From positions 1 through 61,314 of the forward strand of contig NZCK01000031.1 in NCBI GenBank assembly GCA_002688265.1: 61,314 bases of DNA. The letters are read 5' to 3'. The notes beneath the pieces are model-generated. The model was not told where the DNA came from. It saw only the letters and a list, made by a program, of their open reading frames with translations, and did no database searches. Source of the stretch: an archaeon (lineage in GTDB: Archaea > Nanobdellota > Nanobdellia > Woesearchaeales > GW2011-AR9). The translations under genes and the position numbers were made by a program. Below, one piece after another: positions 30,009 to 39,890 of the stretch; positions within the stretch are counted from its first letter, which is position 1; the number at the start of each line of letters is the position of its first letter.

Positions 30009-30117
30009 GACTTAATTCTGATTAATTATTTTAGTGAGAGCATTATTGTTGCAAGGTTTTTGGACCTTTGTAACAAGGATTTTAGAGTTTAAAAATTCAA
30101 ATTTATTGGTGAATAAT

Positions 30118-31074
30118 ATGTACGTTAAAGATTTCAAATGGGAAAAAGGAATGACAGTTAAAAAAATGGTCGATGACATGGCTAACTTAGGTTATCAGAG
30201 TGTTCAACTAGCAAAAGCTAGCGAAGTAATCGTTAAAATGAAAAAGAATTCTGCTAAAACCTATCTTACATTTACTTCAAACATGGTTTCTTGTGGTCTG
30301 AGAGGATTTTTTGCTCAAGTAGTGAAACTTAAGGTTGCTGACATTTTAGTTACAACAGTTGGTGGTATTGAAGAAGATATCATGAAATCTTTGGGAGAGA
30401 AATTTACAATCGGCAGTTTTTCAGCAGATGATGTAGAACTCCACGAAAAAGGAGTCAACAGAGTTGGAAATGTTTTTATCAAAAATGAAAGTTACATGAA
30501 ATTTGAAAATTGGATTAACCCAGTCTTGACAAAATTGTATGAGAAACAAAAACGTTGGACACCATCTGAGTTGTTAAGAGAGATTGGTTTAATTTTAGAC
30601 GATGAAGATAGCATTCTGTATCAAGCAGCAAAACAAGAAGTTCCAATCTTTTGCCCAGCAATCACCGACGGTTCTTTCGGATTTCATTTGTATCTCTTTC
30701 AACAAAAACATCGTGATTTTGTAATTGATGTAGTAGCAGATTTTGGAAATATTCTGTTTACTAGTAGTTATGATGAGAAAAAAGCAGTAATTGCTTTGGG
30801 AGGAAGTATTAGTAAACACCACGCAATTCTCTCCACTTTACTTAATGGGGGAGCAAGCTATGCTGTTTATATGACAACAGCTCACAAAACCAGTGGAAGT
30901 ATGAGTGGAGCTACAACCAACGAAGCGAAATCTTGGGGAAAAGTAAAAGATGAAAGTGATGTTGCAACAGTTCATGGGGATGTGACAATTACATTTCCAC
31001 TGGCAATGATTAGAGCTTTAGAAATCTTTGAAGAAGAAGGTTTGTTGCCGTTTGGAGGTAAAGTAGATGAATAA
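30118..31074 (+). CDS. deoxyhypusine synthase family protein
   Basis: TFTSNMVS, TTVGGIEED, GVNRVGN, PAITDGS, GSMSGA, EAKSWGK; GGTGA SD before ATG 30118. Confidence 0.93.
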   Translation: MYVKDFKWEKGMTVKKMVDDMANLGYQSVQLAKASEVIVKMKKNSAKTYLTFTSNMVSCGLRGFFAQVVKLKVADILVTTVGGIEEDIMKSLGEKFTIGSFSADDVELHEKGVNRVGNVFIKNESYMKFENWINPVLTKLYEKQKRWTPSELLREIGLILDDEDSILYQAAKQEVPIFCPAITDGSFGFHLYLFQQKHRDFVIDVVADFGNILFTSSYDEKKAVIALGGSISKHHAILSTLLNGGASYAVYMTTAHKTSGSMSGATTNEAKSWGKVKDESDVATVHGDVTITFPLAMIRALEIFEEEGLLPFGGKVDE

Positions 31075-32128
31075 AAACTTTTCAAAAAATACAGCTTACT
31101 TTGAACTTTCAAAATCAAAGGTTTTGAATCAATTTGAAAAAGTGTTGGATCATTGTGATTTAGTTTCTTATAGTTCTAAAACTAACCCTTATGTAACTAA
31201 AATATTAGAGAAAGAAACACCTTGTTTTTTTAGTGTACACCTGGTTAATGAATTAGTTAACATTGAAGATTGTTCAAGAGTTTTATTTTTAGCTCAGGCT
31301 TGGAATGAAGAAGAGATCTCGTATTTGCTTAGTTTAGAAATTAAACATCTGGTTGTTGACAATCTGCGAGATTTGGATGTTTTGGAAAAATATCTTTTGA
31401 AATTTCCCGAGACTAGAGTCGAACTGCTTTTACGTTTGAAATTAAAAGAGAGATCAATTAGAACTGAGAAATATTTTGTTTTTGGAATCGAAACAGAAAT
31501 GGTCGACAAAAAAGTTAAAGAACTGAAATCTTGGCCACAAATAGAATCTATTGGAATTCATTTTCATAGAAAAACTCAAAACATGGCAGAGTGGAATTAT
31601 GGATTTGAATTAGCTGAACTTTTTGATAAAGAATTTTTTGAGAGTATTGATTTAATTAATATGGGTGGTGGTTTGCCAGCTGGATACGCCAATACTGATA
31701 TGCGATTGCTTTCTGGTATATTCTCAAAGATTGATAAATTCAGAAATTGGTGCTCTGATCGAGAGATTAAACTAATACTAGAGCCAGGCAGATTTATTGC
31801 AGCACCAGCTGGAAGATTGGTTACTAAAATAATTGCAATTGATTCAGGAAACATAACTGTTAATGCTTCAGTTTATAACTCTGATATGGATGCAATAATT
31901 GTGCCAGTAAAATTGCTTGTTGAAGGTGAAACAGGAAAAAAAGATGAAGGAGCTAAACAATATGTAATCAAAGGAGTTACTCCTTGTAGTTTGGATCTGT
32001 TTCGTTATCGAGTTTATTTGAAAGATGTTACAGTTGGTGATGAATTGGTATTTTTGAATGCTGGAGCTTACATATTTTCTAGTAACTTTTGTAGTTTAGA
32101 TATACCTGAAGTGAGGTTGGTAGAATGA
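31067..32128 (+). CDS. alanine-racemase-fold PLP decarboxylase (Orn/Arg/DAP family)
   Basis: YSSKTN, HFH, NMGGG, EPGRF, GVTPCSLD, AGAY. Confidence 0.88.
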   Translation: MNKNFSKNTAYFELSKSKVLNQFEKVLDHCDLVSYSSKTNPYVTKILEKETPCFFSVHLVNELVNIEDCSRVLFLAQAWNEEEISYLLSLEIKHLVVDNLRDLDVLEKYLLKFPETRVELLLRLKLKERSIRTEKYFVFGIETEMVDKKVKELKSWPQIESIGIHFHRKTQNMAEWNYGFELAELFDKEFFESIDLINMGGGLPAGYANTDMRLLSGIFSKIDKFRNWCSDREIKLILEPGRFIAAPAGRLVTKIIAIDSGNITVNASVYNSDMDAIIVPVKLLVEGETGKKDEGAKQYVIKGVTPCSLDLFRYRVYLKDVTVGDELVFLNAGAYIFSSNFCSLDIPEVRLVE

Positions 32129-33021
32129 AATCTAATTTGAAATGGATGCAATTACCTGACGAGTATTCTTCATTTGATAGATCCAAGTTTGTTATTTTAC
32201 CAATATCTTATGAGAAAGATTTGACATATGGGATTGGATCTGCTAAAGGAGCTATGGAGATAGTTAAAGCTTCAGAACACCTTGAATATTACGATGAAGA
32301 ATTTGATTGCGAATTTTTTGAACAAGGAATATATTTAGAAGAAGAGATAAAACTTTGTTCAGAATCGCCTGAGACAATGGTTGAAAAACTTCAAGAAAAG
32401 GTTGCTTCATTTGATTCAGATAAATTTGTTGTTTCTTTGGGCGGGGACCACTCAGTAACAATTGGTTTAGTTAAAGGTCTTGAAAAGATTCATGGAGATT
32501 TTGCAGTATTACAAATCGATGCACATTCTGATTTTCGGGATTCTTGGAATGGAAGTAGTTTGAATCATGCTTGTGTGATGAGGCAAATAGTTGATAAACA
32601 TGAAATTGTTTCTGTAGGTATTAGAAGTCAGGATAAAGATGAGAGGAAAGCAATTGATAAAAATGATAAAGTGCAAACGATTTATGCTTTCAAATATTCT
32701 TTTGATAAAGTTAAAGAAGCTTTATTGAGTTTGAAGTCAGAAAAATTGTACATTACAATTGATGTAGATGGTTTTGATCCAAGCGTTATTAGTTGCACAG
32801 GCACACCTGAACCAGGTGGTTTAGTTTGGAGACAAGTAATCGATCTGTTGAAACTATGTTTTGAAAAGAAAAAAGTGATTGGATGTGATGTGGTTGAGTT
32901 TGCACCAGAGTATATTGAAACAAAAGATAAAAAGCAGCAAACATCTAGATCTAGGGCAGAAAGTTACATTTTAGCAAGATTGATAAGTAAAATTGTCTCT
33001 TTTGAAGTAAGATCTGCCTAA
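32125..33021 (+). CDS. speB: agmatinase (ureohydrolase)
   Basis: GGDHS, DAHSD, NHAC, TIDVDGFDP, GTPEPGG, DVVE. Confidence 0.92.
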   Translation: MKSNLKWMQLPDEYSSFDRSKFVILPISYEKDLTYGIGSAKGAMEIVKASEHLEYYDEEFDCEFFEQGIYLEEEIKLCSESPETMVEKLQEKVASFDSDKFVVSLGGDHSVTIGLVKGLEKIHGDFAVLQIDAHSDFRDSWNGSSLNHACVMRQIVDKHEIVSVGIRSQDKDERKAIDKNDKVQTIYAFKYSFDKVKEALLSLKSEKLYITIDVDGFDPSVISCTGTPEPGGLVWRQVIDLLKLCFEKKKVIGCDVVEFAPEYIETKDKKQQTSRSRAESYILARLISKIVSFEVRSA

Positions 33022-33068
33022 TTTTGTCTTTGAAAGGTTTTATATACTAGTTTTACTTTCTCTTTTTT

Positions 33069-33275
33069 GTGATGGAGTCGAAATTACGTAGTATGTTGAA
33101 AAGTATAACCTTCAGGGGGGTTGCTATTCTAGTTACTTTGGCAGTTTCTTACTTCTTTTTGGGCAGTATTTTTCAGAGTATTTTCTTTACTGTTGTTATG
33201 AATATTGTAGGAATGTTGGTTTATTATCTGCATGAGAGGGCCTGGAATGTGTTTACTTGGCATAGAGAAGGATAA
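33069..33275 (+). CDS. DUF2061 small membrane protein
   Basis: RSMLKSITFR...YYLHERAW. Confidence 0.85.
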   Translation: MMESKLRSMLKSITFRGVAILVTLAVSYFFLGSIFQSIFFTVVMNIVGMLVYYLHERAWNVFTWHREG

Positions 33276-33323
33276 GTAATTTTAGCTATACATTTTTATA
33301 AAACACTAATTAATTTTCTTTTA

Positions 33324-33713
33324 ATGAAATTTGAACCTGGCTTTTACAAACATTTTAAGGGAGGAATATATCTAGCTCATGGAATTGGAGAGTTTATTCC
33401 AAGAGATCCCAAAGATGTACTTCATGCTATAGCAAAAGATAGTGAAGATTTGGGTGGAGTTGAAGTATACAAACGAGAGGGTAGCCACAAATTTGTTCCA
33501 GGTTGTTTAGGTAGTGTAAAACCAGAAGATAGAGGATTACAATATGTTGTTTACCAAGCACTTTACGGTGAAGGGAGTTTTTGGGTAAGGTCGTATGCTG
33601 AATTTATTGGAAACAAAGATATGGGTCATGGAGAAGGGATAAAACGGTTTCTTTATTTGGGTAAAGAGCTCCCAGAAAATTTCTTTGCTCATTTTGAGAG
33701 ATATTCTCAGTGA
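33324..33713 (+). CDS. DUF1653 domain protein
   Basis: GFYKHFKGGIY, AKDSE, VVYQALYG...WVR...F...RF. Confidence 0.85.
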   Translation: MKFEPGFYKHFKGGIYLAHGIGEFIPRDPKDVLHAIAKDSEDLGGVEVYKREGSHKFVPGCLGSVKPEDRGLQYVVYQALYGEGSFWVRSYAEFIGNKDMGHGEGIKRFLYLGKELPENFFAHFERYSQ

Positions 33714-33863
33714 TACGTTTGATATATTTGATATTTCTGATTCTACTCCTCAGATCCAGGAAAATTTATAAAGGGACCATGGCATGAATCAATTATGAAG
33801 GTGTTTTGAGATAAAATATCTTCTATAAACTTTACATTCAAAACTATGAAAGGTGAATAAATT

Positions 33864-34313
33864 ATGGGTATCGTGAAAATTAATTTATACAAAGTTGTGG
33901 CAGAGAGAAAATTGAACGCAAAAGGTGGGCAAATTCGAATAAACAACAATGTATCTATCAAAGAGGTTGAAGATTTACAATTTAATATTCCAGGAAGTGC
34001 AGGATTGAAATTCACATTTGCGTTTAACTGTAGATATGAACCTGATCTTGGAAGTATTGATGTTGAAGGACAAGTTTTCTTTACAGATACTGAAGATAAA
34101 ATCAAAGCTATTCGAGAAAGTTGGAAGAAAAATAAAAGTGTTCCAAATGATATAATGGAGAGAGTGGTTAACGCAGCACTTCACAAAGGAAACATTCAAG
34201 CAATTAAAGTTAGTGAAGAAGTAAGTTTACCAAGTCCACTTCCACTTCCAAAAGTTAAGACTGGTACTCGTAAGGCAAAACCAAAAGTTAAACCTGCAGT
34301 AGCAGCAAAGTAG
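33864..34313 (+). CDS. conserved archaeal hypothetical protein, possibly SecB-like fold
   Basis: beta-beta-beta-beta-alpha pattern ending LPSPLPLP; GGTGA SD. Confidence 0.7.
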   Translation: MGIVKINLYKVVAERKLNAKGGQIRINNNVSIKEVEDLQFNIPGSAGLKFTFAFNCRYEPDLGSIDVEGQVFFTDTEDKIKAIRESWKKNKSVPNDIMERVVNAALHKGNIQAIKVSEEVSLPSPLPLPKVKTGTRKAKPKVKPAVAAK

Positions 34314-34449
34314 TAATGGTTTATTTTTAATTTTTTTAATATTAGTTTTCTTTTGATTTATAATTTAATAATTTCTAATCTTAACTTACCTATAGCCTAC
34401 CTACACAATCTTTATATACCCAAATGAGCCCAAAAAACACGGTGAAATA

Positions 34450-36771
34450 ATGGGTGAAGAGGCAGCAGTAGTTCTAAAAGAAATACGACTCAAAGTAATG
34501 GAGTCAGTACAAGAAGATGTTAACAAAGGTATTGTTAAAATTGATTCAAGTTTCCTTCGAAAAATAGGAGCCAACCCCGGAGATGTTGTAGAAATTGAAG
34601 GAAGCAGAAAAACTGTTGCTATAGTTGATAGAGCATATCCAGGAGATATTGGCCTAAACATTATTCGAATGGATGGAAATAGCAGAAGCAATGCCAAAAC
34701 TAGCGTTGGAGAATTTGTCCAAGTAAAAAAAGTTGAACCGGTTTCTGCTACTAAAATTAAACTAGCACCCGCTACCAAAAGAATCGTAGTTAGAGCTTCA
34801 CCACATTTCTTCAAAATGGGCCTACTTGGCAAAGCAGTTGTCAAAGGTGATATAGTTTCATTAGGACAAGCTAAAAGAAGAAATGATAAGTCAGTACCTC
34901 ACGCAGTTAATGATATTTTCTCAGCCATGGAAGATCGCTTCAGTGGATTAGGATTAGGAGATCTTAGATTTATGGCAATTGATGTAGAACCAAAAGGAGT
35001 TCCAGTAATAATTGGAAAAGAAACAGAAGTGGAAGTTAGTAGTAGTGCAGTTTCAGTATCTCCGGAAGACATGAATCTTGGAGTTAACTACGAAGATATA
35101 GGTGGGCTTGGAGAAGAGCTCAAGAAAGTGCGCGAAATGATTGAATTGCCACTTCGTCATCCACAAATATTTGATACTTTAGGAATTGACCCTCCACGTG
35201 GAGTATTGTTGTATGGACCACCTGGAACTGGAAAAACTCTTCTTGCTAAAGCAGTTGCAAGCGAAAGCGGAGTACATTTCATGGAATTAAAAGCCAGTGA
35301 TGTAATTAGTGGAATTCCAGGAGAAACAGAAAAAACTATGCAGAAAATTTTCGAAGAAGCCAAAGAAATGGCACCAACAATTCTTTTTATTGATGAATTA
35401 GATTCAATTGCCTTTAAACGGCAAGATAGGGGAACAAATGAATTTTTGAATACACCAGTTTCTGAACTGCTTAAGAATCTTGATGGATTGAAAGTTAGGG
35501 GAAAAGTTGTAATCATAGGCGCTACGAATAGGCCAAACAGTTTGGATCCAGCACTTCGTCGTCCAGGCAGGTTTGATCGAGAAATTGAAATTGGAGTTCC
35601 TGACAGAAATGGTAGATTGGAAATATTAAAAATTCACACTAGAAATATGCCTTTGTTTAAAGATATTAATTTAGAAAAAATTGCAGACATAACTCATGGT
35701 TTTGTGGGAGCAGATTTATCTGCACTTGCTAAAGAAGCTGCTATGATTGTTTTACGAAGGCTGCTTCCTGATTTGAAATTGGAAGGAGCCGAAGAAGACC
35801 ACCAATTTCCTGAAGAGATATTGGAGAAGTTGCAAATTGGCCAGGAAGATTTTTTGGAAGCACTCAAAACAGTTAGACCAAGCGCTATGCGAGAAGTATT
35901 AGTTGAAACACCACGTGTTTCGTGGTCAGATATTGGTGGTTTATCTGATGTGAAACAACGATTGCAAGAAGCAGTCGAATGGCCAATGAAAGCAAAAGAG
36001 AGGTTTTCTCGATTAGGAATTAGACCACCAAAAGGGGTTTTATTATATGGACCACCAGGAACTGGAAAAACTCTTCTTGCAAAAGCAGTTGCTAAGGAGA
36101 GTGAAGCTAATTTTATTCTAGTTAGCAGTTCTTCACTTCAGCAAGAAGGAATTGTTGGTAAAGAAGCTGAACAATTAAAGAAAGTGTTCCAGAGAGCACG
36201 TCAGACAAGCCCAAGTATAATATTCTTTGATGAAATTGATTCGTTTGCAAAACATCGAGGATCAGGTTCCAGCGCTTTTGCAGATTCTAATGAAAGTTTA
36301 TTGAACCAAATGCTAATTGAGATGGATGGTCTTGAGGGTCTTTGTGATGTAGTTGTTATTGCAGCAACTAATAGACCAGATATATTAGATACAGCTCTAC
36401 TTCGACCTGGAAGGTTTGATTCGATAATATTAACTCCAGCACCAGAGCAAGAAGCCAGAGTGGAGTTATTTAAAATTCATACTAAAGAGATGCCACTTGC
36501 TGAATCTGTTGATTTGGTAAAGTTGTCAAAGAAAACTGATGGGTATGTGGGAGCAGATATTGAAGGGGTAACTCGTGAAGCTGCGATGATTGCTTTACGA
36601 AGTGACGAGAAAGCCGAGACAGTAAGTATGGAGAATTTTATTGATGCACTTGATATTGTGAAAGCTTCAGTTGATTCTGATGTTAAGAAAGCTTATGAGC
36701 AGATGGAAAGTTATTTTAGTTCTGCGCGTGCGAAAGAAATGAAGAAAGAGAAGGCAAGTTATTTTGGTTAA
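34450..36771 (+). CDS. cdc48: Cdc48/VAT AAA+ ATPase
   Basis: N domain; two GPPGTGKT; FIDE/FFDE; RPGRFD twice; YFG tail. Confidence 0.97.
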   Translation: MGEEAAVVLKEIRLKVMESVQEDVNKGIVKIDSSFLRKIGANPGDVVEIEGSRKTVAIVDRAYPGDIGLNIIRMDGNSRSNAKTSVGEFVQVKKVEPVSATKIKLAPATKRIVVRASPHFFKMGLLGKAVVKGDIVSLGQAKRRNDKSVPHAVNDIFSAMEDRFSGLGLGDLRFMAIDVEPKGVPVIIGKETEVEVSSSAVSVSPEDMNLGVNYEDIGGLGEELKKVREMIELPLRHPQIFDTLGIDPPRGVLLYGPPGTGKTLLAKAVASESGVHFMELKASDVISGIPGETEKTMQKIFEEAKEMAPTILFIDELDSIAFKRQDRGTNEFLNTPVSELLKNLDGLKVRGKVVIIGATNRPNSLDPALRRPGRFDREIEIGVPDRNGRLEILKIHTRNMPLFKDINLEKIADITHGFVGADLSALAKEAAMIVLRRLLPDLKLEGAEEDHQFPEEILEKLQIGQEDFLEALKTVRPSAMREVLVETPRVSWSDIGGLSDVKQRLQEAVEWPMKAKERFSRLGIRPPKGVLLYGPPGTGKTLLAKAVAKESEANFILVSSSSLQQEGIVGKEAEQLKKVFQRARQTSPSIIFFDEIDSFAKHRGSGSSAFADSNESLLNQMLIEMDGLEGLCDVVVIAATNRPDILDTALLRPGRFDSIILTPAPEQEARVELFKIHTKEMPLAESVDLVKLSKKTDGYVGADIEGVTREAAMIALRSDEKAETVSMENFIDALDIVKASVDSDVKKAYEQMESYFSSARAKEMKKEKASYFG

Positions 36772-36776
36772 AGGAA

Positions 36777-37544
36777 ATGGTAAATTCTGATATTAGAAGA
36801 TTTCTTGAACAAATATTAGCTATAGGTGGAAGTGAAGGCGCAACTCAAACAGATTTAGAAGAATTAAGCAGAGATTTTTCTGGAATATTAGATCCTAGTA
36901 CTCCTGAGGCAGGATATTTGGCTGATTTACTTAAGGGTACAAGTTCAGAGATAACTGAGATGCAAGAATTATATTGTATGTCAGTAAATAGATTAAGAGA
37001 TGAAGGAATCAAATCAAAGATAGTTGCCCAATTATTAAGTTGTGATGTTAAGTATTTAGGAGATATTCTTGGACATGATCTAGAAAAATTTGGAGTCGAA
37101 TTTGGATTAACTGGACATTCTACTGCTAGTATATCAAAGGCTTTAGAGAGAATTGATCCAAGGTTAATTTCTGGTCAAAGAGGAATTGATTTTTTGAGGC
37201 CAGAACCATTTGTAAAAGATACAAAAGATTATGGGGCAGTAGGAGATTGTTTTGATTTAAGTATTGACCACTTATCTGGATTGTTAACAAGGTCACACGG
37301 AGGAATTCAAAATTGTAGAATTAGTACAATTGGAGAATTAGTGATGGTTCCATTCTATCTATTTGATCAAGCAAAAAATATTGGTGATAAATCTTTACGA
37401 AATATTGGATTTAGTTTAGCTAGATTACATCCTGAATTACACTTGGGAATGGATATCGAATATCATAGTAATGGAGAACTTTATTTGCCTTTTAATAAAA
37501 GAATTCCTTTTAGTAGGTTTTCAAATGGTAGTAGGGGAGGATAA
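36777..37544 (+). CDS. protein with tandem RNA polymerase alpha-CTD-like domains
   Basis: SIDHL...TRS...I...TIGELV...KNIGDKSLRNI...LHLGM, plus a degenerate copy upstream (VKYLGDIL). Confidence 0.65.
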   Translation: MVNSDIRRFLEQILAIGGSEGATQTDLEELSRDFSGILDPSTPEAGYLADLLKGTSSEITEMQELYCMSVNRLRDEGIKSKIVAQLLSCDVKYLGDILGHDLEKFGVEFGLTGHSTASISKALERIDPRLISGQRGIDFLRPEPFVKDTKDYGAVGDCFDLSIDHLSGLLTRSHGGIQNCRISTIGELVMVPFYLFDQAKNIGDKSLRNIGFSLARLHPELHLGMDIEYHSNGELYLPFNKRIPFSRFSNGSRGG

Positions 37545-37555
37545 TTAATTTATTC

Positions 37556-39319
37556 TCATATCCCTTCATACAAACTTAACAACTCTTCACTACTTGTAGC
37601 ATCTTCTGGGCCCTTATCTGCACGAATCTGTATGAATCTTGGAAACCGAAGTGCTAAACCTCTGTCGCTGCCAGGCGTTCTTGCTGCACAATGCATTTTA
37701 CCTTGGCTGATTTCTGCTGCAATTACTTCAACTACTAAAAATGGTTCAAACCAAACATCAGGAGTCATTTCTTTATTGATAATTACTCTTGCTGGTTTCT
37801 TTACAACCTTGTGTTCTCTTAAAATAAAAGGCAACTCTTCTAAAGTTTTGTCAGTTAAACCAGTCCCTAGTTTACTTACTGATTCAAAAGTATCTGTTTT
37901 ATGGTTGTAAGTTGCACAAAGAAGTGAACCATAAGCTCCAGTTCGTTTTCCTTTTCCATAAAACGCACCAATTACTACAAGGTCGAAACTGTCAACTAAA
38001 TTTTGCATATAATCTTTTTTCCACTTAATCCAATTCCAATCACGGGCTCCGGCCTTGTAATGAGAATCATCTGCTGTGGATTTAACAATAACTCCTTCAT
38101 TGCCATCTTTTAACATCTTTTCAAAGAAAGATTGAACTTCATCTACAGATTCAGTTTGAATTAATTCTATTCTTCTAATTCTATTTTTTTTGTAGAGAAT
38201 TTTGTCTATTGATTCCCCTCTTTCAATTAGTGGTTTGTTCATCATAGATTCTCCATTAAGGTAGAGAAGATCGAAGACGTAAAGTGCAACTGGAACTTTT
38301 TTAATATATTTTTCAATTTCAGTTTTACGTTTCCTTTGCATTAAAGTCTGAAAACTTTGATGTATTTTAGCGTCTTCTGAAAGAGCCATAATCTCTCCTT
38401 CTAGAATATACTCAACTGCCATCACATGAATTTCTTTCTTTAAGTATTCAACCAAATCTGGAAGTTGATCAGTAATATTTTCCATTCTTCTTGAATATAG
38501 AGTGATTGTTCCATCTCTTTCTTTGTGAACTTGTACTCTTTCACCATCGTATTTAGCTTCTACTTGAAACAAGTTACTCTTGATTTTTTCTGACATATTA
38601 CTTAAGCTTGCAACCCTTTGAGCTAGCATAACTCTAATTGGTCGTCCTACCTTAACAGGAATTTCATCAATATGCTCAATTCCTTTGTCTGCTAACTGTT
38701 TGGCAATTTTAGCAATATCTGGACAAACATTGTAAGCACGCTCTAACCTAGGTTTGTTAGACTTGTCACCAGTGAAACAAATTGACAAGGCATCAAGAAC
38801 AGTCATATCCGCTACACCTAGGCGCATATTGCCTAAAATTATTCTTGCCAGATATTTAGAATCTTGTCCAGTGGTTTTTTGAAATATAGAAATTAAAATT
38901 TTTTCTTTTATGTCTTGACTGCCACTCCCTTCAATATCTTTGATTTTGTGAAGAGTTTGATACAATTCATCTGTTGTTAAATCTCCAGTTGGAACCAATG
39001 TGAAAGCTTTCTGTTTGAGAACTAATTCAGCTACAAGTCCAGCATCACCCAAATGGTGCATATGTTTTGTTATTTCTTTTACACTTCTGCCACTAGCTTT
39101 GGCGATAGCTTTGAGAACTAATTTTTCAGCTACTCCTAGAACAGCAGAGATATAGTCAGGAGAAATCTTACCTAAGGAAAGTTGAGTCAAGATAGAAAGT
39201 TCTTCTGGATTTTTTTGATAAGTTTCTTTGAAGAAATCTGCTAATATTTGTCTTAATTCATTACCTGAAGCTGTTGCCTCTAGTCTGCCGTAGAGTGTGG
39301 ATAGTTTACTGAATTGCAT
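37556..39319 (-). CDS. lig: ATP-dependent DNA ligase
   Basis: EAKYDGER, EGE, FDLLY, EGVIVK, WIKWK, LRFPRF. Confidence 0.97.
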   Translation of the reverse strand: MQFSKLSTLYGRLEATASGNELRQILADFFKETYQKNPEELSILTQLSLGKISPDYISAVLGVAEKLVLKAIAKASGRSVKEITKHMHHLGDAGLVAELVLKQKAFTLVPTGDLTTDELYQTLHKIKDIEGSGSQDIKEKILISIFQKTTGQDSKYLARIILGNMRLGVADMTVLDALSICFTGDKSNKPRLERAYNVCPDIAKIAKQLADKGIEHIDEIPVKVGRPIRVMLAQRVASLSNMSEKIKSNLFQVEAKYDGERVQVHKERDGTITLYSRRMENITDQLPDLVEYLKKEIHVMAVEYILEGEIMALSEDAKIHQSFQTLMQRKRKTEIEKYIKKVPVALYVFDLLYLNGESMMNKPLIERGESIDKILYKKNRIRRIELIQTESVDEVQSFFEKMLKDGNEGVIVKSTADDSHYKAGARDWNWIKWKKDYMQNLVDSFDLVVIGAFYGKGKRTGAYGSLLCATYNHKTDTFESVSKLGTGLTDKTLEELPFILREHKVVKKPARVIINKEMTPDVWFEPFLVVEVIAAEISQGKMHCAARTPGSDRGLALRFPRFIQIRADKGPEDATSSEELLSLYEGI

Positions 39320-39364
39320 GTAGTTCTTCTTATTTGATTTTATATAAAGATTCTTCTTATAAAA

Positions 39365-39817
39365 TCAATACAAATATGGAATCATGCGTTTAGATCTTTT
39401 CTGATAATCTTCATACAAAGAGCCAAATTTTTCCTTTAGATACTTTTCTTCACGATGAATTCGAAGAACTGTTGTTGGAATCACTAAAATAAATGTTCCT
39501 ATAACTCCTAGGTAAGATACAAAAGTCATAGCAATCCCAAGGAAAATAAAAATATTGGCAAGATACATGGGGTGCCGAAGATACTTATAAATTCCATCTT
39601 TGATCATTTGATGGTCTTTGTGAATTACAATGTTGACATGGAAAAATTTGCCAAGAAGTAGCTTGGTGTAAATCCTAAGACCAATTCCTGCTAATAATAT
39701 TAAAATTCCTGGATAAAAGATAGTTCTTGTGTAATAAAAATTTGTCAAACTTAATATAATAACAGCTGAATATGAGAATAAAAATAACCAAAATGTGAGT
39801 AATTCTTTGCTTTTCAT
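39365..39817 (-). CDS. isoprenylcysteine carboxylmethyltransferase-family membrane protein
   Basis: GIYKYLRHPMY, EEKYL...FG..Y..Y. Confidence 0.9.
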   Translation of the reverse strand: MKSKELLTFWLFLFSYSAVIILSLTNFYYTRTIFYPGILILLAGIGLRIYTKLLLGKFFHVNIVIHKDHQMIKDGIYKYLRHPMYLANIFIFLGIAMTFVSYLGVIGTFILVIPTTVLRIHREEKYLKEKFGSLYEDYQKRSKRMIPYLY

Positions 39818-39890
39818 AAAATTAGGTTTTTATTTGGTGGTTATAAATTTATTGAAATATAATAGTTCTTCAAAAGAGAAACTAATTTAA

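Noticed and set aside
35212-36092. 45/47-bp identity between the Cdc48 Walker A regions (35212-35258 and 36046-36092)
   Set aside because: An identical peptide plus strong codon bias can explain it; gene conversion cannot be shown
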